DNA from: an uncultured Thermoleophilaceae bacterium
Lineage (GTDB): Bacteria > Actinomycetota > Thermoleophilia > Solirubrobacterales > Thermoleophilaceae
Assembly (NCBI GenBank): GCA_963846865.1
Contig: CAWJXU010000002.1
Span: forward strand, 33,527 to 97,526
Direction: 5' to 3'
Length of the DNA: 64,000 nt
The notes below the pieces were generated by a model that was not told the DNA's origin, made no database searches, and saw nothing but the letters and a program-made list of their open reading frames with translations. Position 1 is the first letter of the stretch, and each line of letters opens with the position of its first letter. Positions 9,643 through 20,112 of the stretch are shown here, piece after piece. A program made the translations under genes and the position numbers.

Positions 9643-11259
9643 ATGGGCATCATCCAGCGCTTCATCCTGCGGACCTCGCGCGGCCCTCTGGGACCGCTCT
9701 GGGCGGCGGGGCACGAGCTGCTGATGCGCTGCGCCGGGGTCTACCTGAGTTGGGGAAACCGCGACGCGGCGACCTACCCGCGGGGCAGCTTCGGCTTTGG
9801 CGAGCCCCTCTATGGGATCTCTGACCTTGACATGGCGGTCGTCGTGGCAGGCGAGCCGGGCCGGCCCGGGCGTGCCCGCGAGCGCGCGCAACGCCGTTGG
9901 GATCGGCTGTGCCGCGTGCTGCCGGCGATGAAGAAGGTCATGGACATGGCGGTCTACGAGGCGCCCGACCTCGAGGTTGCGGCGGCGGCGCCGACACTGA
10001 CCGCGCGGCGCGCGGTGCACTACGGCCTGCGCAGGGTGCCCGACAAGGCGAGCCTGCTGGTGCGGCCGGGGCTCTACGGGCCGCTGTGGGACTGGCGGCC
10101 GCTCTCCGGCCGGCCGGTGGCGAGCGCGGGACGGACCTGGGACGAACAGGAGCGCCGGCTGGCGGCCTGGCTGGAGCTGCAGTTCTGGTGGCGCTACGTC
10201 TTCGGGGTGTGCATCGACTCCGGCCGGCCCCGAGCGGCCTACCTCTGCGTGAAGATGGTCAGCGAGCCGCTGCGGATCTGGCTTTGGCTGGTAAGGGGCG
10301 AGAAGCTGGTTGAGCGCCGAGCGGCGCTGGAGCGCGGGCTGGAGTGCATCCCCGAGGAGGGCGAGTCGATCCGCTTCGCGCTCGACCTTCACCACCGCCT
10401 GGGGCGCTCTCCGCAGGCCTCGCCGGCCGAGACGCTGCCCGCCCTGGTGCGGCTCTCCCAGCGCCTCGCCCGGCGCATGGCCGCCGAGCTCGAAGGCGAG
10501 GGCACCACCGAGGTTCGACTCGCCTGGGGCGGCGAGGACGAGCTGACCCTCCCCGCCAGGGCGCGCGAGCCGCTGCGGGCGCTGTGCGACGAGGAGCCGC
10601 CACTGCTGCCGTTGGTCGACTGGCGGGCGCTGGCCTGGCCGCTTCCCCCCGACGAGACGTTCGCCCCTCTGCCGCTTGACCCGTCACAGCCGGGCGCCGT
10701 GGCGGCAGCCGCCACGGCGCGCTCGATCCCCTACCCGGCGCTGCGCGCCGGCGAGCTGATGGTCCTGCCGACCACCCGCGGCGGGCACCTGCGTCGGTGC
10801 AGTGCGCAGTCACCGACCCGGTCTCCTTCGCGCTGGCGCGACGGCCGCGCCACGCCGCCTTTCCCAACGTCGGCGGGTGGTCGGCCCAGGACTCCGCGCG
10901 GCGGGCCGTGGCCGAGCACAGGGCCTGGCTGGGGCTGGGGACGCACCGGCGGCCGGACCTGCGCGACTGAGGCTAGGGCCAGGCCCGGAGCACGTCGCGG
11001 CCAGCTCAGCATGGGGAGGCTGCTCACCGCGGCGCGGGCGGCGCTGTTCGCCGAGAGCCTGGAGTCCGGCGAGCCCGAGCTGCCCCTCACCGCGGCTGCG
11101 GTGGCCGGGCGGCTCGGGGCGCGGGCAGCGCTGCGACTGCTACCGCGACTGCGCTGCTGGAGGGGCGCGACCCCCCGCCCCGCGGTGGCCGCGCTTCGCG
11201 AGCTGGTGCTCGGCCTCCCCGCCTACGCGGCCCGGGCCGGCCGGCCGCCCCACCGCGGG
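9643..11259 (+). pseudogene. Nucleotidyltransferase-domain protein (frameshifted around 10790-10970)
   Basis: 'GISDLDMAVVV' resembles the G-S-x-D-x-D NTase motif. The C-terminal third is only readable by switching frames (..VQCAVTDPVSFALA..AEHRAWLG.. then MGRLLTAARAALFAES..). Confidence 0.45.
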
Positions 11260-12372
11260 GTGAAAGGATGTCGGCGTGAGCACGCCGTCGTCTCCGACCT
11301 GCACCTCGGAGCGACCGGATGAGCCTGCTGGCCGTGCCCCCCGCTCGCCGGGTCCTGATCGGCGAGCTCGAGGGCGCGGATCAGGTGATGCTGCTCGGCG
11401 ACCTGCTGGCGCTGCGCGAGGCACCGGTGCCGGAGGTGCTGGAGCGCGCCCGGCCGTTTCTGCAGGAGCTGGGCGAGGCGCTGAGGGGCCGCAGGGTCGT
11501 GATCGTGCCCGGCAACCACGACCACCAGCTGGCGGGGCCGCTGCTGGAGCGCCGGCGGCTCGACGGCGGGCGGGGCTCGCTGCAGCTGGAGCGGTCCGTC
11601 GAGCCGGGGGAGCCCGGGCCGGCCGGCTGCCGTGGCCGGCTACCTGGATGGTGCCGAGGTCGCGGTCGCCTATCCCGGGCTGTGGCTGCGCCCCGACGTC
11701 TACGCGACCCACGGCCATTACCTCGACTGCCACATGACCGTCCCTCGGCCGGAGTGCCTGCTGGCGGCGCTGATGCAGGCCGCAGTCGGGCGGCCTGCCC
11801 GAGCAGGGGGCGGCGCCCGGCGACTACGAGGCGGTGCTGGCGCCGATCTATGCGTTCGCCTACAGCCACGCCCAGGCCGCGTTCGCCCAATGGCGGCGGG
11901 CGCTCGGCCGCGGCGCGGCGGCGGCTGACCCGCGAAACCTGGCGCTGGCTGAAGGGCCGCCGCGGCGGCCCGCAGCGGGCGGCGGCCGGCGCGATCGCCT
12001 ACGGCGCCCTGGCGACCGCCAACCGCGTCGGGCTGCGCCGCTTCCGGGCCGACCTCTCGATCGCCGAGCTGGGGCGGGCCGGCGTGCGGGCGATGGCCGA
12101 GGTGGTCAGGAGGCTCGGGGTCGAGTCCGACTACGTGATCTTCGGCCATACCCACCGCGCCGGGCCGCTCGGCGACGAGCCGGGCTGGACGCTCGCCGAC
12201 GGCAGCGCGCCTGGTCAACACCGGCAGCTGGGTCTACTCGTCGGGGCTGATCGGCGACGCCGCCCGCCCCAGCCCCTACTGGCCCGGCAGCTGCGCGGTG
12301 GTGGGTGACGCCGGCCCGCCCGAGCTGCGGGGGCTGCTCGACGAGCTTCGGCCCTCCCCCGCCCGCGCATGA
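11260..12372 (+). pseudogene. Calcineurin-like metallophosphoesterase (at least 5 frameshifts)
   Basis: The motifs VVSDLHLG, LLGDLL, VPGNHDH, ATHGHYLD and IFGHTHRAG are spread over all three plus frames. The TGA at 12370 overlaps the next ATG. Confidence 0.6.
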
Positions 12373-13468
12373 AGCGGGTCCTGTTCCTGATCAAGGGACT
12401 TGGACGGGGCGGCGCCGAGCGGCTGCTGGCCGGCACGACCCGCCACCTCGACCGCTCCCGGCTGGACTGCGAGGTGGCCTACCTGCGACCCGACAAGCGC
12501 GACCTGGTCGACGAGCTGCGCGGTCAGGGCGCTGCCCGTCCACTGCCTGCACGGGGGGCGGGGGCTGGGCTGGCTGCGCCGCCTGCGCAGGCTTGCGGCG
12601 GAGCGCGAGGTGGACCTGGTCCACGCCCACTCGCCGCTATCCGGCGATCGGAGCGCGGCTGGTGCTGCCGCGGCGCCTTCCCCTCGTCTACACCGAGCAC
12701 AACGTCTGGGACAGCTACCGGCGGGCCACCTACTGGGGCAACCTGCTCACCTACCGGCGCAACGACCACGTCTTCGCGGTCTCGCAGCGGGTCGAGCGCC
12801 TCGCTGCGCTACCCGGCGCCGCTGCGCTTGCTGGCAATGCCGGCCGATCGAGACCCTCTACCACGGCTACGACCCGACCCGCGTCGAGCCAGCGCCCGGA
12901 CGGGGTTCGCGAGGAGCTCGGAATCCCGCCGACGCCCCGGTGGTCGGCACCGTCGCCAGCTTCAAGCGCCACAAGGGCCACCGGCACCTGCTCGAGGCCG
13001 CCGACCGGGTGCGCAGGGAGGTCCCCGAGGTTCGCTTCGTGCTGGTCGGCCACGGGCCGCTGGAGGGGGCGATCCGGCGCCAGGCCCGCGAGCTTGCGCT
13101 GGACGAGACCCTGGTGCTGGCCGGCTACCGCGAGGACGCCGCAGCGGTGGCCGCCACCTTCGATGTCTTCGCGCTGTCGTCGGTCTACGAGGGCCTGTCG
13201 ATCGCCCTGATGGAGGCGATGGCGCTGGGAAAGCCGGTGGTGGTGACCGAGGTGGGGGGACTGCCGGAGGTCGTCGAGCACGGAAAGCAGGGCCTCGTGG
13301 TCCGCAGCGCTGACGCGCCCGCACTAGCCGACGGGATCCTCGAGCTGCTTGGCGACGCCGGGCTGCGCCGGCGCCTGGGCGAGGGCGGCCGGCGAGCGGG
13401 CCGCCAACTTCGACATCCGGCGCGCGGCCCGCCGCATCGAAGCGGTCTACGGAGAGCTGTTGGGGTGA
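12369..13468 (+). pseudogene. GT4-family glycosyltransferase (at least 5 frameshifts)
   Basis: MKRVLFLIKGLGRGGAERLL.., ..LVYTEHNVWDSY.., ..VGTVASFKRHKGHRHLL..FALSSVYEGLSIALMEAMALGKPVVVTEVGGLPEVV.. and the C-terminus ..ANFDIRRAARRIEAVYGELLG* lie in different frames. Confidence 0.65.
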
Positions 13469-14459
13469 GGGCGACGGCGGTCTCCGGCGCGCCTGGGGTG
13501 CGGCACTTCCGCGACGAGGACGAGCCGCAGGTGCTCGAGCTGCTGCGCGCGGCGCTCGGGACGGGTCCGATCGGCGGGCGGACGCCGGAGCTTTTCGCCT
13601 GGAAGCATCGCGACGGCCCCTTCGGTCCCTCGCTGATGCTGGTGGCGGAGCAAGGCGAGCGGATCGTCGGCTTCCGCGCCTTCATGCGCTGGCGGTTCCG
13701 GGCCGGCGACCGCACCCTGGCCGCGGTGCGGGCGGTCGACACCGCGACCCACCCGGACCATCAGCGGACAGGGTGTTTTCTCGCGGCTCACCAGCGCCGC
13801 GGTCGACTCGCTGCGGGACGACGTCGGACCTCGTCTTCAACACCCCCAACAGCCGCAGCCTGCCCGGCTACCTGAAGCTTGGCTGGCAGGTGGCCGGGAC
13901 GATGCCGGTCCGGGTGCGGCCGGGACGGCCCTGGCGGCGGGCCGCGGCGCCGCGGCGGTCGAGGCGGAGAGCGCAGCTGACGGCGCTTGCCGACGCGGAC
14001 GCCGTCTCCTCGCTGCTCGACGAGGCAGGCGAGCTCGACGGGCGGCTGGCGACACCCCGCGACCCCGCGTACCTGCGCTGGCGCTATACCGGCCTGCCAC
14101 AGCTCGACTACCGGGCCCTGCGCGAGTCGGAGGGGGGCCGCCTGCGCGGGCTGGCCCTGTTTCGGGTGCGCCGCAGGGGCCGGCTGCGGGAGGCGGCGCT
14201 GGCCGAGCTGATCGTCGCCCCGGACGGCGGCGCCACCGCCCGGCGACTGCTGCGCCGGCTTGGCCGCGCCGCCGCCGTCGACCACTTCACCTGCTGCCCG
14301 CCGCCCGGCGGGACCGCCGACCGAGCGGCGCGCCGGCGCGGCTTTCTGCGGGTGCCCCGCGGCCCGACGCTTGCCGTGCGCCCACTTGCCGACCTCTCCC
14401 CCGACCCCACCGAGCGGCGCTCCTGGGCGCTCTCGCTCGGCGACCTGGAGGTCCTCTAG
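13465..14459 (+). pseudogene. GNAT-family acetyltransferase with C-terminal extension (2 frameshifts near 13770-13830)
   Basis: The GTG overlaps the preceding TGA. ..LMLVAEQGERIVGFRAFM..VDTATHPDHQRTG|VFSRLT..|DLVFNTPNSRSLPGYLKLGW shows the Q/R-x-x-G-x-G/A acetyl-CoA motif. Confidence 0.55.
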
Positions 14460-14460
14460 G

Positions 14461-15652
14461 TTGCGGGCGGCGAAGATCGCAGCGACGCTGGTCGGCCTGT
14501 CGCTGCCCGTCTTCCTGCGCGAGGCGACGCGCGAGCGCGACCGGCGAGCCTTCTGGACGCTGGCCGGCGCCCTGCAGCTGAAGCTGCTGGGGGCGCTGGC
14601 CCGCTACCACGTCGCCTACCGCACCTACGGTGGCGTCGCCGACGCCGAGGATTACCACGGCCGCGGCAGCCGCATCGCCCAGGGCCAGCTCGAGGGCACC
14701 ATGAACCCGCGCTTCTCGTCGTTCGTCGGCTCGAACTTCGTCCGCCGCCTGACCGGGGAGGTCTACAAGGGGACCGGCCCCTCCAGGCTGGGCGGCTTTC
14801 TGGTCTTCTCTTGGCTGGCCTTCTGGGGCCTCTTCCTGTTTCACCGCGCTTTTGCGATCGCCGTGCCCGAGGGGCGCTCGCGCGACTACTCGCACCTGGT
14901 GCTGTTCTGGCCGTCGCTCTTGTTCTGGCCCTCCAGCATCGGCAAGGACGCGTGGATGGTGCTCAGCCTCGGCACCGGCGCCTACGGGGCGGCCCGCGGC
15001 CTGGCCGAGCGGCCGCTGCCGGTGCGCGGCCTCGACGCGGCGGGGATGCTGTCCGCGGCGCGGGTGCGCCCCCATGTCGCCGGGCTGTTCGGGGCCGCGT
15101 TGGCCCCCGCCTACCTGGTCCGCGGCCGCCGGGCGCGCGCTCTCGGCATCGGGGTGCTGGCCGCCGCCCAGGCGTTGCGAGGCGAACCGCTACCTGCGGA
15201 CGTCGGGCATCGAGACGCGGGAGGGAGCGCGAGGGGCGCTCGAGCAGACCGCGCGGCGGACATCGAAGAGCGGCGGCTCGAAGTTCACGCCGCCGATCGT
15301 TCACTCGCCGGCCCAGGTGCCGCTGATCCCGCTGACCGTCCTCTTCCGCCCCCACCCGCTGGAGGCACACAACCCCCAGTCGCTGGCCACCGCGGCCGAG
15401 GGGATGCTGCTGTTCGCCCTGACGCTCTCCCGGGCGCCCTCGTCGCTGGCGACGCTGCGCAGCGCGCGGCGCCAGCCCTACATCGCGTTTTGCCTCGTTT
15501 ACTCGGCCCTGTTCTGCGCCGCCTATTCGGGGATAGCGAACTTCGGCGTCCTGGCCCGCCAGCGCGTGCAGCTTCTGCCCTTCTATCTGGTCCTGCTCTC
15601 GGTCCCGCCCAAGCGAAAGCGCCGCCGTGCGTCCCGGTTCCGCCGTCCGTAA
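14461..15652 (+). pseudogene. Polytopic membrane protein, possible glycan polymerase/ligase (frameshift near 15180)
   Basis: TTG start 1 nt after the GNAT stop. There are multiple hydrophobic helices (..GGFLVFSWLAFWGLFLFHRAF.., ..LLFALTLS.., ..YIAFCLVYSALFCAAYSG..LLPFYLVLLSV). The assignment rests on context only. Confidence 0.4.
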
Positions 15653-15687
15653 GGCCGCCAAGGCCGCCGTGCTGCCGGCCGGGCGCC

Positions 15688-16400
15688 GTGTCGCGGCGCC
15701 GCACGGGCGACCTGGTGATCCTGCTCTATCACCGCGTCGGCGCGGGCGAGGGAGAGATCACGCTTTCGCCGCAGGCCTTCGCCCGCCAGCTCGCCCACCT
15801 CGCCGAGCACGAGCGCGTCCTCTCGCTGGATGTCGCACTGCGCGGCGACCCCGGCGGAGGGGTGGTGGTCAGCTTCGACGACGGCTACCGCGACTTCGCC
15901 GAGCAGGTGGTGCCGCTGCTCGACCGCTACCGGATCCCGGCCGTCCTCTATCTGACCACCGGGCTGGTGGCGGGCGAGGAGGGGCACGGCGGCAGCGAGG
16001 CGCTCACCTGGCCGCAGCTGCGCGAGGCGGTCGCCAGCGGGCTGGTCACGGTCGGGGCCCACACCCACGCTCACGCCGACCTCTCACGAGCCTCCGAGCA
16101 CGACGCGGAGCGGGAGCTGCGGCGTTCCAAGGAGCTGATCGAGGACCGCCTCGGGGTTCCCTGCCGTCACTTCGCCTACCCCTGGGCGGATCGGCTCCGC
16201 CCAGGCCGACTCGGTGGTCCGCCGCCTCTTCGACTCGGCGGCGTGGGACGCCTGGAGGACCAACCGCCGGGACCGCATCGACCGCTACCGGCTCGGGCCG
16301 CACCCCGGTGCTTCGCAGTGACGGCGAGCTTTTCTTCCGCGCCAAGCTGAACGGGCTACTCGACGCCGAGGGCCTCGTCTATCGCGCCTTCGGGCATTAG
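15688..16400 (+). pseudogene. Polysaccharide deacetylase (NodB-type), frameshifted near 16190-16270
   Basis: ..VILLYHRV.., VVVSFDDGYRDF.., ..VGAHTHAHADL.., ..FAYPW... The natural tail ..RTPVLRSDGELFFRAKLNGLL..AFGH* is in another frame. Confidence 0.6.
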
Positions 16401-16403
16401 CTC

Positions 16404-18176
16404 TTGGACCGGCCGATCCGTATCGCTCACGTCGCAACCGTCGACCTGACCGTGCGCTACCTGCTGCTGGGACAGCTACGGGCGCTGCGCGCAGCGGGTT
16501 TCGAGGTGGCGGCGGTCAGCGCCCCCGGGCCATGGACCGCCGGGCTGGAGGCCGAGGGCATCCGGCACCTCGCCTGGCACAACGCGACCAGGGCGTGGAG
16601 CCCGCGCGCCGATGCACGGGCATTCGTCGAGCTGCTGCGGATGCTGAGGCGCGAGCGCTTCGATCTGCTGCACACCCACAACCCCAAGCCCGGGATCCTG
16701 GGGCGGCCCGCGGCCCGGCTCGCCGGGGTGCCGTGCGTCGTGAACACGGTCCACGGCCTCTACGCCACCAGCGACGACCCGGCCCGGCGCAAGCTGCCCG
16801 TGCTGGCGCTGGAGAAGCTCTCCAGCCGTCATTCCGACCTCGAGCTCTACCAGAGCGGCGAGGACCTGGCCTGGGCGCGCCGGATCGGCGTGGTGCCACC
16901 GTCGCGCAGCCGGCGGCTCGGAAACGGCGTTGACCTGGCGCACTTCGACCCCGCTCGGGTAACGGAGCGACGGCGCGCTCGACTGCGCCGCGAGCTGGGC
17001 ATCCCCGAGGGGGCGCTGGTCGTCGGGGCGGTCGGGCGCCTGGTCGCCGAGAAGGGCTACCGCGAGCTGTTCTCCGCGGCGGACGAGATCCGCTCAACCC
17101 GCGGCGACGTCCGCTTCCTGGTTGCCGGAGAGATCGACCGCGACAAAGCGGATGCGATCGGCGAGGCCGAGGTCGAAGCCGCCCGCGAGAACGTGATCTT
17201 CGCCGGCTGGCGTCAGGACGTGCGGGACCTGCTGGCGCTGGTGGACGTCTTCGTGCTGGCCTCCTGGCGCGAGGGCATGCCCCGCTCCGCGATCGAGGCG
17301 GCCGCGATGGGCAGGGCGCTGGTGCTCACGGACATCCGCGGCTGCCGGGAGGTCGCTCGCGACGGCATCGAAGCCTTGCTGGTCCCGCCCCGGCAGCCGA
17401 CGCGGCTGGCCGGCGCGATCACCGCGCTGCTCGACGACCGGGCGCTTCGTCAGCAGCTCGGCGACGCTGCCCGCAGCCGGGCGAGGGAGCTGTTCGACGA
17501 GCGCCGGGTGACGCGGCTTCTATTGGCCGAGTACCAGGGGCTGCTCGAGCGCAAGGGGCTCCTGGGCGAGGTCCAGGCCCCATTGCGCGTCCGGCGCGCG
17601 CGCGCCGAGGACGCCGCGACCCTCGCCGGCATCCATCGCGAGGCCCTGCCGGAGGCGTTTCTGCCCAGCCTCGGGGATCGCTTCTTGACCCGGCTTTACC
17701 GGGCGCTCGCCGACGATCGCGGCGCCGTGGCGCTGGTCGCCGAGGAGGACGGCACCGTGCTCGGGTTCGCGGCCGGCGTCGTCAACGGGCGCACCTTCCT
17801 GCTGCGATTCGGTGCCCGCCACGGGATTCCCGTCCTGGCCGGGGCGTTGCCGCGACTGCTGCGCGCCGGGTCGTTGCGCCGGGCCGGCGAGTCCGCCCGA
17901 CACGCCGCGGCCGCCCCCTCCGGGCGGCCGGACTCCGAGCTGCTGGCGATTGCCGTCACCGCGAAGGCGCGGGGGCGAGGAATCGGCAGGATGCTGGCCG
18001 CGGGTGTGCTCTCCGGGCTCGGCGAGCTGGGGGCGGGGCAGATCAAGGTCGTGGTGGCAGCCGACAACGCCCCGGGCAACGGCCTTTACGCCGACATGGG
18101 CTTTCGCCGTCGCGGCCGGCTCACCCTGCACGAGGGGATCCAGAGCAATGTCTGGGTGGCTCGATGTCCTTCCTGA
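16404..18176 (+). CDS. Bifunctional GT4 glycosyltransferase - GNAT acetyltransferase fusion (590 aa, intact)
   Basis: GT4 part: IAHVATVDLTVRYLL.., ..VLASWREGMPRSAIEAAAMGRALVLTD. GNAT part: ..VALVAEEDGTVLGFAAGV.. and ..LLAIAVTAKARGRGIGRMLA..LYADMGFR. Confidence 0.8.
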   Translation: MDRPIRIAHVATVDLTVRYLLLGQLRALRAAGFEVAAVSAPGPWTAGLEAEGIRHLAWHNATRAWSPRADARAFVELLRMLRRERFDLLHTHNPKPGILGRPAARLAGVPCVVNTVHGLYATSDDPARRKLPVLALEKLSSRHSDLELYQSGEDLAWARRIGVVPPSRSRRLGNGVDLAHFDPARVTERRRARLRRELGIPEGALVVGAVGRLVAEKGYRELFSAADEIRSTRGDVRFLVAGEIDRDKADAIGEAEVEAARENVIFAGWRQDVRDLLALVDVFVLASWREGMPRSAIEAAAMGRALVLTDIRGCREVARDGIEALLVPPRQPTRLAGAITALLDDRALRQQLGDAARSRARELFDERRVTRLLLAEYQGLLERKGLLGEVQAPLRVRRARAEDAATLAGIHREALPEAFLPSLGDRFLTRLYRALADDRGAVALVAEEDGTVLGFAAGVVNGRTFLLRFGARHGIPVLAGALPRLLRAGSLRRAGESARHAAAAPSGRPDSELLAIAVTAKARGRGIGRMLAAGVLSGLGELGAGQIKVVVAADNAPGNGLYADMGFRRRGRLTLHEGIQSNVWVARCPS

Positions 18177-19201
18177 TCGCGCTTGCCCTCACCCTGCTGC
18201 TGACGCCCGTCGCCCGCCGGGTCGGGATCGCGGCCGGCCTGGTGGACCGTCCGGGCGACCCGTTGAAGATCCACGCTGAACCGGTGCCGGTGCTCGGCGG
18301 GGTCGCCGTAATGGGCGCCGCTTTCGCTGCGCTCGCACTCGCCGGGCACTGGCCGGCGACCGCGGTCGCGGTCGCCGCGGCCCTGCTGGTGGCGGGCGGC
18401 CTGCTCGACGACGCCCGGACACTCCCGCCCCCGGCACAGCTTCTCTTGCAGGTCGCCGCCGCGGCGATCCTTCTGAGCGCCTTCGAGGTCGGCGCGGCAG
18501 GTGCGCTGGGGCTGTTCGTCCTGGTGTTCGCCTGCACCAACGCCGTCAACCTGATCGACGGCCAGGACGGGCTGGCGGGCGGGGTCGGCGCGATCGGGGC
18601 GCTGGGACTGGCCGCCTTGGTGGCCGACGCCTCATCGCCGGATGCGGCGCTCGGCCTTGCCCTGGCCGGCGCCTTGGCCGGCTTTCTGGCCTGGAACCTG
18701 CCGCCGGCGCGAATCTTCCTGGGCAACGGCGGGGCCTACGCCGTCGGCGCGATACTCGCCGTGCTCGCGGCCATGGTGGTCGATGCCGACGGCCCGCGCG
18801 GGATCGTCCCGGCGCTGCTCTGCCTAGGCGTCTTCCTGTTCGACCTCGGCTTCACCGTGGCGCGAAGAATCGGAAGCGGCGCCCTGGCCTCCGGCGATCG
18901 CCTCCACTCCTACGACCTGCTCTCGGTCGAGCTCGGAAGCCGCAGCAAGGCCACGCTGGCCTTCTGCGGCGCGGAGGCCCTCGCCGTCGGCCTTGCCCTG
19001 ATCGCCGACGCGATGCCGCCCGCCGCGGCGCCGGTGGCCGCCGTCGCCGCCGCGTCGGCAGCCGCACTTTGGGGCCGCCGTCTGTGGTCGCGCAGCGGCA
19101 ATGCCCGCCCCGCCGATCCAAGGCCTGCCGCAAAGCGCAGCCCAGCGGCCGATCTCAGGCCACCGGCCGAGCGCAAGATCACAGAGCGCCTACTCCCGTA
19201 G
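18164..19201 (+). CDS. Polyprenyl-phosphate N-acetylhexosamine-1-phosphate transferase (WecA/TagO/MraY-family initiating transferase)
   Basis: LVDRPGD.LKIH..PVP.LGG, LLDD and NAVNLIDGQDGLAGG motifs, with about 10 TM helices. It overlaps the upstream gene by 13 nt. Confidence 0.8.
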   Translation: MSFLIALALTLLLTPVARRVGIAAGLVDRPGDPLKIHAEPVPVLGGVAVMGAAFAALALAGHWPATAVAVAAALLVAGGLLDDARTLPPPAQLLLQVAAAAILLSAFEVGAAGALGLFVLVFACTNAVNLIDGQDGLAGGVGAIGALGLAALVADASSPDAALGLALAGALAGFLAWNLPPARIFLGNGGAYAVGAILAVLAAMVVDADGPRGIVPALLCLGVFLFDLGFTVARRIGSGALASGDRLHSYDLLSVELGSRSKATLAFCGAEALAVGLALIADAMPPAAAPVAAVAAASAAALWGRRLWSRSGNARPADPRPAAKRSPAADLRPPAERKITERLLP

Positions 19202-19597
19202 CCCCACGGCTTCGAGGGCTTTCTCAGGGTCGAGATACTCGCGGACCCGAATCACCTTGCCACTCTTGAACTCCACGATCCAAGCGATTGCCGATTCGGT
19301 TATTGCGCCGCTCTCACTGCCGCGTCCCCGGAGGTGACCGATGGCGACGACTCGCTCGCCAAGGTCCCGGATGTCTGTTTGCTCTGCCTGGATCTCAGAG
19401 AAGGCTTCTTCAAGTTCTCGGATTCCCTTGCGGATGCCTTGGTGCCCCCGGTACACGGTGGCTGCCCCGCCGAACTGAATCTGCAACCAGGGGTACCACT
19501 CGATCTCCGGGTGGAGGTCCTCGAGCATCGCTCCGACGTCGCGGCGGTTGTAGGCGTCCGACACGCGCCGAACGATCTCGACGTTTTCCTGCGACAT
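19190..19597 (-). CDS. SnoaL/NTF2-like small protein (paralog A)
   Basis: MSQENVEIVRRVSDAYNRRD...EKALEAVGLRE, about 135 aa, with the same N- and C-terminal signatures as 4 other ORFs in the window. Confidence 0.7.
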   Translation of the reverse strand: MSQENVEIVRRVSDAYNRRDVGAMLEDLHPEIEWYPWLQIQFGGAATVYRGHQGIRKGIRELEEAFSEIQAEQTDIRDLGERVVAIGHLRGRGSESGAITESAIAWIVEFKSGKVIRVREYLDPEKALEAVGLRE

Positions 19598-19621
19598 CGA
19601 CTGTCGGCTACGCCGAACGGG

Positions 19622-20017
19622 CTATGACCAGAACTCGTCCCAGGCGTAGAGATTCTCAAAGTGCTCCCGACCGTCAGTCACACGGCCGTCCTTGAGCTCG
19701 AAGACGATGCAGTCGGCAACATCCAGGCGCTTGCCGCCTCGGTCAGCGGTGCTGCGCTGAATGCCAACGACGCGCGAGTCTCCATCTGCCGCCAGGTGCT
19801 GCAACTCAGCCCGGAACGTCCCGCCGGTCTCCTGCGCCAGCTTGCCGAAATACTTCAACGTAGCGTCGCGGCCCTCGTAGTCGTCGGCCATCGAGCTCCG
19901 GCCCGGCAAGTGCCACACAACGCTCTCATCGAAGGTCTCGGCGACGGTGTCCAGGTCGCCCGTGTTGAAGGCTTCGTAAGCGCGTCGCATGATGGCGACG
20001 TTTTCATCTGCGGTCAT
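19622..20017 (-). CDS. SnoaL/NTF2-like small protein (divergent paralog B)
   Basis: From the internal ATG: MTADENVAIMRRAYEAFNTGDLDTV..VVWHLPG..FELKDGRV. The upstream part of ORF 19622..20083 is Arg/Trp-rich and unlikely to be coding. Confidence 0.6.
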   Translation of the reverse strand: MTADENVAIMRRAYEAFNTGDLDTVAETFDESVVWHLPGRSSMADDYEGRDATLKYFGKLAQETGGTFRAELQHLAADGDSRVVGIQRSTADRGGKRLDVADCIVFELKDGRVTDGREHFENLYAWDEFWS

Positions 20018-20112
20018 CGGGATGACTCCTCGCTGCCAAGCGCGTCCAAACCCTCGGCGGTTGAATTGGTACGCCCACCGCACGACCGCAAGACCACACT
20101 ACACCCGCGAAA

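Noticed and set aside
8095-10395. A 766-codon minus-strand ORF that looks like one large protein.
   Set aside because: It is a read-through chimera. It combines the antisense of the NTase gene, the ABC ATPase core and part of the permease. Only the middle and tail segments carry recognisable motifs, and the neighbouring pieces of those genes sit in other frames.
2980-16400. Programmed ribosomal frameshifting as an explanation for the split genes.
   Set aside because: There are far too many events, in unrelated genes, in both +1 and -1 directions and without slippery-heptamer or pseudoknot context. Decay or sequence error is the simpler explanation.
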